From the human T2T-CHM13v2.0 reference genome, Homo sapiens: 64,000 nucleotides of DNA. The notes under the pieces were generated by a model. That model saw nothing but the letters and a program-made list of their open reading frames with translations, ran no database searches and was not told the DNA's origin. Within the stretch, counting starts at the first letter, position 1; each line of letters opens with the position of its first letter. The stretch lies in the NCBI RefSeq assembly GCF_009914755.1, contig NC_060929.1; one strand, written 5' to 3'. The position numbers and the translations under genes are program-made. Below are positions 11,026 to 22,584 of this stretch, in pieces.

Positions 11026-14000
11026 GAATTCCCAGTAACTTCCTTGTGTTGTGTACATTCAACTCACAGAGTTGAACGTTCCCTTAGACAGAGCAGATTT
11101 GAAACACTCTTTTTGTGCAATTGGCAAGTGGAGATTTCAAGCGCTTTGAGGTCAATGGCAGAAAAGGAAATATCTTCGTTTCAAAACTAGACAGAATCAT
11201 TCCCACAAACTGCGTTGTGATGTGTTCGTTCATCTCACAGAGTTTAACCTTTCTTTTCGTAGAGCAGTTAGGAAACAGTCTGTTTGTAAATTCTGTAAGT
11301 GGATATTCTGACATCTTGTGGCCTTCGTTGGAAACGGGATTTCTTCATATTCTGCTAGACAGAAGAATTCTCAGAATCTTCCTTGTGTTGTGTGTATTCA
11401 ACTCACACAGTTGAACGATTGTTTACACAGAGCAGATTTGAAACACTCTTTCTGTGGAATTTGCAAGTGGAGATTTCAGCCGCTTTGAGGTCAATGGTAG
11501 AAAAGGAAATATCTTCGTATAAAAAACTAGACAGAATGATTCTCAGAAACTTCTTTGTGATGTGTGCGTTCAACTCACAGAGTTTAACCTTTCTTTTCAT
11601 GGAGCAGTTAGGAAACACTCTGTTTGTAAACTCTGCAAGTGGATATTCAGACCTCTTTGAGGCCTTCGTTGGAAACGGGATTTCTTCATACTGTGCTAGA
11701 CAGAAGAATTCTCAGTAACTTCCTTGTGTTGTGTGTATTCAACTCACAGAGTTGAACGATCCTTTACACAGAGCAGACTTGAAACACTCTTTTTGTGGAA
11801 TTTGCAAGTGGAGATTTCAGCCGCGTTGAGGTCAATGGTAGAAAAGGAAATATCTTCGTATAAAAACTAGACAGAATGATTCTCAGAAACTCCTTTGTGA
11901 TGTGTGTGTTCAACTCACAGAGTTTAACATTTCTTTTCATAGAGCAGTTAGGAAACACTCTGTTTGTAAAGTCTGCAAGTGGATATTCAGACCTCTTTGA
12001 GGCCTTCGTTGGAAACGGGTTTTTTTCATATAAGGCTAGACAGAAGAATTCCCAGTAACTTCCTTGTGTTGTGTGTGTTGAACTCACAGAGTTGAACTTT
12101 CATTTACACAGAGCAGATTTGAAACACTCTTTTTGTGGAATTTGCAAGTGGAGATTTCAAGCGCTTTCAGGCCAAAGGCAGAAAAGGAAATATCTTCGTA
12201 TAAAAACTAGACAGAATCATTCTCAGAAACTGCTCTGCGATGTGTGCGTTCAACTCTCAGAGTTTAACTTTTCTTTTCATTCAGCAGTTTGGAAACACTC
12301 TGTTTGTAAAGTCTGCACGTGGATAATTTGACCACTTAGAGGCCTTCGTTGGAAACGGGTTTTTTTCATGTAAGGCTAGACAGAAGAATTCTCAGTAACT
12401 TCCTTGTGTTGTGTGTATTCAACTCACAGAGTTGACCGATCCTTTACACAGAGCAGACTTCTAACACTCTTTTTGTGGCATTTGCAAGTGGAGATTTCAG
12501 CCGCTTTGAAGTCAAAGGTAGAAAAGGGAATATCTTCCTATAAAAACTAGACAGAATGATTCTCAGAAACTCCTTTGTGATGTGTGCGTTCAACTCACAG
12601 AGTTTAACCTTTCTTTTCATAGAGCAGTTAGGAAACACTCTGTTTCTAAAGTCTGCAAGTGGATATTCAGCCCTCTTTGAGGCCTTCGTTGGAAACGGGT
12701 TTTTTTCATATAAGGCTAGAGAGAAGAATTCCCAGTAACTTCCTTGTGTTGTGTGTGTTCAACTCACAGAGTTGAACTTTCATTTACACAGAGCAGATTT
12801 GAAACACTCTTTTTGTGGAATTTGCAAGTGGAGATTTCAAGCGCTGTGAGGCCAAAGGCAGAAAAGGAAATATCTTCGTATAAAAACTAGACAGAATCAT
12901 TCTCAGAAACTGCTCTGTGATGTGTGCGTTCAACTCTCAGAGTTTAACTTTTCTTTTCATTCAGCAGTTTGGAAACACTCTGTTTGTAAAGTCTGCACGT
13001 GGATAATTTGACCACTTAGAGGCCTTCGTTGGAAACGGTTTTTTTTAATGTAAGGCTAGACAGAAGAATTCTCAGTAACTTCCTTGTGTTGTGTGTATTC
13101 AACTCACACAGTTGAACGATCCTTTACACAGAGCAGACTTGTAACACTCTTTTTGTGGAATTTGCAAGTGGAGATTTCAGCCGCTTTGAAGTCAAAGGTA
13201 GAAAAGGAAATATCTTCCTATAAAAACTAGACAGAATGATTCTCAGAAACTCCTTTGTGATGTGTGCGTTCAACTCACAGAGTTTAACCTTTCTTTTCAT
13301 AGAGCAGTTAGGAAACACTCTGTTTGTAAAGTCTGCAAGTGGATATTCAGACCTCTTTGAGGCCTTCGTTGGAAACGGGTTTTTTTCATATAAGGCTAGA
13401 CAGAAGAATTCCCAGTAACTTCCTTGTGTTGTGTGTGTTCAACTCACAGAGTTGAACTTTCATTTACACAGAGCAGATTTGAAACACTCTTTTTGTGGAA
13501 TTTGCAAATGGAGATTTCAAGCGCTTTGAGGCCAAAGGCAGAAAAGGAAATATCTTCGTATAAAAACTAGACAGAATCATTCTCAGAAACTGCTCTGCAA
13601 TGTGTGCGTTCAACTCTCAGAGTTTAACTTTTCTTTTCATTCAGCAGTTTGGAAACACTCTGTTTGTAAAGTCTGCACGTGGATAATTTGACCACTTAGA
13701 GGCCTTCGTTGGAAACGGGTTTTTTTCATGTAAGGCTAGACAGAAGAATTCTCAGTAACTTCCTTGTATTGTGTGTATTCAACTCACAGAGTTGAACGAT
13801 CCTTTACACAGAGCAGACTTGTAACACTCTTTTTGTGGAATTTGCAAGTGGAGATTTCAGCCGCTTTGAAGTCAAAGGTAGAAAAGGAAATATCTTCCTA
13901 TAAAAACTAGACAGAATGATTCTCAGAAACTCCTTTGTGATGTGTGCGTTCAACTCACAGAGTTTAACCTTTCTTTTCATAGAGCAGTTAGGAAACACTC

Positions 14001-15785
14001 TGCTTGTAAAGTCTGCAAGTGGATATTCAGCCCTCTTTGAGGCCTTCGTTGGAAACGGGTTTTTTTCATATAAGGCTAGACAGAAGAATTCCCAGTAACT
14101 TCCTTGTGTTGTGTGTGTTCAACTCACAGAGTTGAACTTTGATTTACACAGAGCAGATTTGAAACACTCTTTTTGTGGAATTTGCAAGTGGAGATTTCAA
14201 GCGCTTTGAGGCCAAAGGCAGAAAAGGAAATATCTTCGTATAAAAACTAGACAGAATCATTCTCAGAAACTGCTCTGCGATGTGTGCGTTCAACTCTCAG
14301 AGTTTAACTTTTCTTCTCATTCAGCAGTTTGGAAACACTCTGTTTGTAAAGTCTGCACGTGGATAATTTGACCACTTAGAGGCCTTCGTTGGAAACGGGT
14401 TTTTTTCATGTAAGGCTAGACAGAAGAATTCTCAGTAACTTCCTTGTGTTGTGTGTATTCAACTCACAGAGTTGAACGATCCTTTACACAGAGCAGACTT
14501 GTAACACTCTTTTTGTGGAATTTGCAAGTGGAGATTTCAGCCGCTTTGAAGTCAAAGGTAGAAAAGGAAATATCTTCCTATAAAAACTAGACAGAATGAT
14601 TCTCAGAAACTCCTTTGTGATGTGTGTGTTCAACTCACAGAGTTTAACCTTTCTTTTCATAGAGCAGTTAGGAATCACTCTGTTTGTAAAGTCTGCAAGT
14701 GGATATTCAGACCTCTTTGAGGCCTTCGTTGGAAACGGGTTTTTTTCATATAAGGCTAGACAGAAGAATTCCCAGTAACTTCCTTGTGTTGTGTGTGTTC
14801 AACTCACAGAGTTGAACTTTCATTTACACAGAGCAGATTTGAAACACTCTTTTTGTGGAATTTGCAAATGGAGATTTCAAGCGCTTTGAGGCCAAAGGCA
14901 GAAAAGGAAATATCTTTGTATAAAAACTAGACAGAATCATTCTCAGAAACTGCTCTGCGATGTGTGCGTTCAACTCTCAGAGTTTAACTTTGCTTTTCAT
15001 TCAGCAGTTTGGAAACACTCTGTTTGTAAAGTCTGCACGTGGATAATTTGACCACTTAGAGGCCTTCGTTGGAAACGGGTTTTTTTCATGTAAGGCTAGA
15101 CAGAAGAATTCTCAGTAACTTCCTTGTGTTGTGTGTATTCAACTCACACAGTTGAACGATCCTTTACACAGAGCAGACTTGTAACACTCTTTTTGTGGAA
15201 TTTGCAAGTGGAGATTTCAGCCGCTTTGAAGTCAAAGGTATAAAAGGAAATATCTTCCTATAAAAACTAGACAGAATGATTCTCAGAAACTCCTTTGAGA
15301 TGTGTGCGTTCAACTCACAGAGTTTAACCTTTCTTTTCATAGAGCAGTTAGGAAACACTCTGTTTGTAAAGTCTCCAAGTGGATATTCAGACCTCTTTGA
15401 GGCCTTCGTTGGAAACGGGTTTTTTTCATATAAGGCTAGACAGAAGAATTCCCAGTAACTTCCTTGTGTTGTGTGTGTTCAACTCACAGAGTTGAACTTT
15501 GATTTACACAGAGCAGATTTGAAACACTCTTTTTGTGGAATTTGCAAGTGGAGATTTCAAGCGCTTTGAGGCCAAATGCAGAAAAGGAAATATCTTCGTA
15601 TAAAAACTAGACAGAATCATTCTCAGAAACTGCTCTGCGATGTGTGCGTTCAACTCTCAGAGTTTAACTTTTCTTTTCATTCAGCAGTTTGGAAACACTC
15701 TGTTTGTAAAGTCTGCACGTGGATATTTTGACCACTTAGAGGCCTTCGTTGGAAACGGGTTTTTTTCCTGTAAGGCTAGACAGAA
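11026..15785 (+). repeat. 28-mer HOR variant: C-D-E-B-(A-B)x5
   Basis: C-to-C spacing is 4760 bp, including a 1-bp A insertion near 11525. Confidence 0.88.
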
Positions 15786-18700
15786 GAATTCCCAGTAACT
15801 TCCTTGTGTTGTGTACATTCAACTCACAGAGTTGAACGTTCCCTTAGACAGAGCAGATTTGAAACACTCTTTTTGTGCAATTGGCAAGTGGAGATTTCAA
15901 GCGCTTTAAGGTCAATGGCAGAAAAGGAAATATCTTCGTTTCAAAACTAGACAGAATCATTCCCACAAACTGCGTTGTGATGTGTTCGTTCATCTCACAG
16001 AGTTTAACCTTTCTTTTCGTAGAGCAGTTAGGAAACAGTCTGTTTGTAAATTCTGTAAGTGGATATTCTGACATCTTGTGGCCTTCGTTGGAAACGGGAT
16101 TTCTTCATATTCTGCTAGACAGAAGAATTCTCAGAATCTTCCTTGTGTTGTGTGTATTCAACTCACACAGTTGAACGATTGTTTACACAGAGCAGATTTG
16201 AAACACTCTTTTTGTGGAATTTGCAAGTGGAGATTTCAGCCGCTTTGAGGTCAATGGTAGAAAAGGAAATATCTTCGTATAAAAACTAGACAGAATGATT
16301 CTCAGAAACTTCTTTGTGATGTGTGCGTTCAACTCACAGAGTTTAACCTTTCTTTTCATAGAGCAGTTATGAAACACTCTGTTTGTAAACTCTGCAAGTG
16401 GATATTCAGACCTCTTTGAGGCCTTCGTTGGAAACGGGATTTCTTCATACTGTGCTAGACAGAAGAATTCTCAGTAACTTCCTTGTGTTGTGTGTATTCA
16501 ACTCACAGAGTTGAACGATCCTTTACACAGAGCAGACTTGAAACACTCTTTTTGTGGAATTTGCAAGTGGAGATTTCAGCCGCGTTGAGGTCAATGGTAG
16601 AAAAGGAAATATCTTCGTATAAAAACTAGACAGAATGATTCTCAGAAACTCCTTTGTGATGTGTGTGTTCAACTCACAGAGTTTAACATTTCTTTTCATA
16701 GAGCAGTTAGGAAACACTCTGTTTGTAAAGTCTGCAAGTGGATATTCAGACCTCTTTGAGGCCTTCGTTGGAAACGGGTTTTTTTCATATAAGGCTAGAC
16801 AGAAGAATTCCCAGTAACTTCCTTGTGTTGTGTGTGTTCAACTCACAGAGTTGAACTTTCATTTACACAGAGCAGATTTGAAACACTCTTTTTGTGGAAT
16901 TTGCAAATGGAGATTTCAAGCGCTTTGAGGCCAAAGGCAGAAAAGGAAATATCTTCGTATAAAAACTAGACAGAATCATTCTCAGAAACTGCTCTGCGAT
17001 GTGTGCGTTCAACTCTCAGAGTTTAACTTTGCTTTTCATTCAGCAGTTTGGAAACACTCTGTTTGTAAAGTCTGCACGTGGATAATTTGACCACTTAGAG
17101 GCCTTCGTTGGAAACGGGTTTTTTTCATGTAAGGCTAGACAGAAGAATTCTCAGTAACTTCCTTGTGTTGTGTGTATTCAACTCACACAGTTGAACGATC
17201 CTTTACACAGAGCAGACTTGTAACACTCTTTTTGTGGAATTTGCAAGTGGAGATTTCAGCCGCTTTGAAGTCAAAGGTAGAAAAGGAAATATCTTCCTAT
17301 AAAAACTAGACAGAATGATTCTCAGAAACTCCTTTGTGATGTGTGCTTTCAACTCACAGAGTTTAACCTTTCTTTTCATAGAGCAGTTAGGAAACACTCT
17401 GTTTGTAAAGTCTGCAAGTGGATATTCAGACCTCTTTGAGGCCTTCGTTGGAAACGGGTTTTTTTCATATAAGGCTAGACAGAAGAATTCCCAGTAACTT
17501 CCTTGTGTTGTGTGTGTTCAACTCACAGAGTTGAACTTTCATTTACACAGAGCAGATTTGAAACACTCTTTTTGTGGAATTTGCAAATGGAGATTTCAAG
17601 CGCTTTGAGGCCAAAGGCAGAAAAGGAAATATCTTCGTATAAAAACTAGACAGAATCATTCTCAGAAACTGCTCTGCGATGTGTGCGTTCAACTCTCAGA
17701 GTTTAACTTTGCTTTTCATTCAGCAGTTTGGAAACACTCTGTTTGTAAAGTCTGCACGTGGATAATTTGACCACTTAGAGGCCTTCGTTGGAAACGGGTT
17801 TTTTTCATGTAAGGCTAGACAGAAGAATTCTCAGTAACTTCCTTGTGTTGTGTGTATTCAACTCACACAGTTGAACGATCCTTTACACAGAGCAGACTTG
17901 TAACACTCTTTTTGTGGAATTTGCAAGTGGAGATTTCAGCCGCTTTGAACTCAAAGGTAGAAAAGGAAATATCTTCCTATAAAAACTAGACAGAATGATT
18001 CTCAGAAACTCCTTTGTGATGTGTGCTTTCAACTCACAGAGTTTAACCTTTCTTTTCATAGAGCAGTTAGGAAACACTCTGTTTGTAAAGTCTGCAAGTG
18101 GATATTCAGACCTCTTTGAGGCCTTCGTTGGAAACGGGTTTTTTTCATATAAGGCTAGACAGAAGAATTCCCAGTAACTTCCTTGTGTTGTGTGTGTTCA
18201 ACTCACAGAGTTGAACTTTCATTTACACAGAGCAGATTTGAAACACTCTTTTTGTGGAATTTGCAAATGGAGATATCAAGCGCTTTGAGGCCAAAGGCAG
18301 GAAAGGAAATATCTTCGTATAAAAACTAGACAGAATCATTCTCAGAAACTGCTCTGCGATGTGTGCGTTCAACTCTCAGAGTTTAACTTTGCTTTTCATT
18401 CAGCAGTTTGGAAACACTCTGTTTGTAAAGTCTGCACGTGGATAATTTGACCACTTAGAGGCCTTCGTTGGAAACGGGTTTTTTTCATGTAAGGCTAGAC
18501 AGAAGAATTCTCAGTAACTTCCTTGTGTTGTGTGTATTCAACTCACAGAGTTGAACGATCCTTTACACAGAGCAGACTTGTAACACTCTTTTTGTGGAAT
18601 TTGCAAGTGGAGATTTCAGCCGCTTTGAAGTCAAAGGTAGAAAAGGAAATATCTTCCTATAAAAACTAGACAGAATGATTCTCAGAAACTCCTTTGTGAT

Positions 18701-21700
18701 GTGTGCGTTCAACTCACAGAGTTTAACCTTTCTTTTCATAGAGCAGTTAGGAAACACTCTGTTTGTAAAGTCTGCAAGTGGATATTCAGACCTCTTTGAG
18801 GCCTTCGTTGGAAACGGGTTTTTTTCATATAAGGCTAGACAGAAGAATTCCCAGTAACTTCCTTGTGTTGTGTGTGTTCAACTCACAGAGTTGAACTTTG
18901 ATTTACACAGAGCAGATTTGAAACACTCTTTTTGTGGAATTTGCAAGTGGAGATTTCAAGCGCTTTGAGGCCAAAGGCAGAAAAGGAAATATCTTCGTAT
19001 AAAAACTAGACAGAATCATTCTCAGAAACTGCTCTGCGATGTGTGCGTTCAACTCTCAGAGTTTAACTTTTCTTCTCATTCAGCAGTTTGGAAACACTCT
19101 GTTTGTAAAGTCTGCACGTGGATAATTTGACCACTTAGAGGCCTTCGTTGGAAACGGGTTTTTTTCATGTAAGGCTAGACAGAAGAATTCTCAGTAACTT
19201 CCTTGTGTTGTGTGTATTCAACTCACAGAGTTGAACGATCCTTTACACAGAGCAGACTTGTAACACTCTTTTTGTGGAATTTGCAAGTGGAGATTTCAGC
19301 CGCTTTGAAGTCAAAGGTAGAAAAGGAAATATCTTCCTATAAAAACTAGACAGAATGATTCTCAGAAACTCCTTTGTGATGTGTGTGTTCAACTCACAGA
19401 GTTTAACCTTTCTTTTCATAGAGCAGTTAGGAATCACTCTGTTTGTAAAGTCTGCAAGTGGATATTCAGACCTCTTTGAGGCCTTCGTTGGAAACGGGTT
19501 TTTTTCATATAAGGCTAGACAGAAGAATTCCCAGTAACTTCCTTGTGTTGTGTGTGTTCAACTCACAGAGTTGAACTTTCATTTACACAGAGCAGATTTG
19601 AAACACTCTTTTTGTGGAATTTGCAAGTGGAGATTTCAAGCGCTGTGAGGCCAAAGGCAGAAAAGGAAATATCTTCGTATAAAAACTAGACAGAATCATT
19701 CTCAGAAACTGCTCTGCGATGTGTGCGTTCAACTCTCAGAGTTTAACTTTTCTTTTCATTCAGCAGTTTGGAAACACTCTGTTTGTAAAGTCTGCACGTG
19801 GATAATTTGACCACTTAGAGGCCTTCGTTGGAAACGGGTTTTTTTCATGTAAGGCTAGACAGAAGAATTCTCAGTAACTTCCTTGTGTTGTGTGTATTCA
19901 ACTCACAGAGTTGAACGATCCTTTACACAGAGCAGACTTGTAACACTCTTTTTGTGGAATTTGCAAGTGGAGATTTCAGCCGCTTTGAAGTCAAAGGTAG
20001 AAAAGGAAATATCTTCCTATAAAAACTAGACAGAATGATTCTCAGAAACTCCTTTGTGATGTGTGTGTTCAACTCACAGAGTTTAACCTTTCTTTTCATA
20101 GAGCAGTTAGGAATCACTCTGTTTGTAAAGTCTGCAAGTGGATATTCAGACCTCTTTGAGGCCTTCGTTGGAAACGGGTTTTTTTCATATAAGGCTAGAC
20201 AGAAGAATTCCCAGTAACTTCCTTGTGTTGTGTGTGTTCAACTCACAGAGTTGAACTTTGATTTACACAGAGCAGATTTGAAACACTCTTTTTGTGGAAT
20301 TTGCAAGTGGAGATTTCAAGCGCTTTGAGGCCAAAGGCAGAAAAGGAAATATCTTCGTATAAAAACTAGACAGAATCATTCTCAGAAACTGCTCTGCGAT
20401 GTGTGCGTTCAACTCTCAGAGTTTAACTTTTCTTCTCATTCAGCAGTTTGGAAACACTCTGTTTGTAAAGTCTGCACGTGGATAATTTGACCACTTAGAG
20501 GCCTTCGTTGGAAACGGGTTTTTTTCATGTAAGGCTAGACAGAAGAATTCTCAGTAACTTCCTTGTGTTGTGTGTATTCAACTCACAGAGTTGAACGATC
20601 CTTTACACAGAGCAGACTTGTAACACTCTTTTTGTGGAATTTGCAAGTGGAGATTTCAGCCGCTTTGAAGTCAAAGGTAGAAAAGGAAATATCTTCCTAT
20701 AAAAACTAGACAGAATGATTCTCAGAAACTCCTTTGTGATGTGTGTGTTCAACTCACAGAGTTTAACCTTTCTTTTCATAGAGCAGTTAGGAATCACTCT
20801 GTTTGTAAAGTCTGCAAGTGGATATTCAGACCTCTTTGAGGCCTTCGTTGGAAACGGGTTTTTTTCATATAAGGCTAGACAGAAGAATTCCCAGTAACTT
20901 CCTTGTGTTGTGTGTGTTCAACTCACAGAGTTGAACTTTCATTTACACAGAGCAGATTTGAAACACTCTTTTTGTGGAATTTGCAAGTGGAGATTTCAAG
21001 CGCTGTGAGGCCAAAGGCAGAAAAGGAAATATCTTCGTATAAAAACTAGACAGAATCATTCTCAGAAACTGCTCTGCGATGTGTGCGTTCAACTCTCAGA
21101 GTTTAACTTTTCTTTTCATTCAGCAGTTTGGAAACACTCTGTTTGTAAAGTCTGCACGTGGATAATTTGACCACTTAGAGGCCTTCGTTGGAAACGGGTT
21201 TTTTTCATGTAAGGCTAGACAGAAGAATTCTCAGTAACTTCCTTGTGTTGTGTGTATTCAACTCACAGAGTTGAACGATCCTTTACACAGAGCAGACTTG
21301 TAACACTCTTTTTGTGGAATTTGCAAGTGGAGATTTCAGCCGCTTTGAAGTCAAAGGTAGAAAAGGAAATATCTTCCTATAAAAACTAGACAGAATGATT
21401 CTCAGAAACTCCTTTGTGATGTGTGTGTTCAACTCACAGAGTTTAACCTTTCTTTTCATAGAGCAGTTAGGAATCACTCTGTTTGTAAAGTCTGCAAGTG
21501 GATATTCAGACCTCTTTGAGGCCTTCGTTGGAAACGGGTTTTTTTCATATAAGGCTAGACAGAAGAATTCCCAGTAACTTCCTTGTGTTGTGTGTGTTCA
21601 ACTCACAGAGTTGAACTTTCATTTACACAGAGCAGATTTGAAACACTCTTTTTGTGGAATTTGCAAATGGAGATTTCAAGCGCTTTGAGGCCAAAGGCAG

Positions 21701-22584
21701 AAAAGGAAATATCTTTGTATAAAAACTAGACAGAATCATTCTCAGAAACTGCTCTGCGATGTGTGCGTTCAACTCTCAGAGTTTAACTTTGCTTTTCATT
21801 CAGCAGTTTGGAAACACTCTGTTTGTAAAGTCTGCACGTGGATAATTTGACCACTTAGAGGCCTTCGTTGGAAACGGGTTTTTTTCATGTAAGGCTAGAC
21901 AGAAGAATTCTCAGTAACTTCCTTGTGTTGTGTGTATTCAACTCACACAGTTGAACGATCCTTTACACAGAGCAGACTTGTAACACTCTTTTTGTGGAAT
22001 TTGCAAGTGGAGATTTCAGCCGCTTTGAAGTCAAAGGTAGAAAAGGAAATATCTTCCTATAAAAACTAGACAGAATGATTCTCAGAAACTCCTTTGTGAT
22101 GTGTGCGTTCAACTCACAGAGTTTAACCTTTCTTTTCATAGAGCAGTTAGGAAACACTCTGTTTGTAAAGTCTCCAAGTGGATATTCAGACCTCTTTGAG
22201 GCCTTCGTTGGAAACGGGTTTTTTTCATATAAGGCTAGACAGAAGAATTCCCAGTAACTTCCTTGTGTTGTGTGTGTTCAACTCACAGAGTTGAACTTTG
22301 ATTTACACAGAGCAGATTTGAAACACTCTTTTTGTGGAATTTGCAAGTGGAGATTTCAAGCGCTTTGAGGCCAAAGGCAGAAAAGGAAATATCTTCGTAT
22401 AAAAACTAGACAGAATCATTCTCAGAAACTGCTCTGCGATGTGTGCGTTCAACTCTCAGAGTTTAACTTTTCTTTTCATTCAGCAGTTTGGAAACACTCT
22501 GTTTGTAAAGTCTGCACGTGGATATTTTGACCACTTAGAGGCCTTCGTTGGAAACGGGTTTTTTTCCTGTAAGGCTAGACAGAA
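15786..22584 (+). repeat. 40-mer HOR variant: C-D-E-B-(A-B)x8, the longest 4-mer run
   Basis: C-to-C spacing is 6799 bp, with eight A dimers at 680-bp spacing (ORF starts 17203 to 21963). Confidence 0.88.

Noticed and set aside
11383-11718. Longest ORF (111 aa), four copies
   Set aside because: It is created by a single A insertion in a homopolymer that fuses two frames. It is useful only as a duplication marker.
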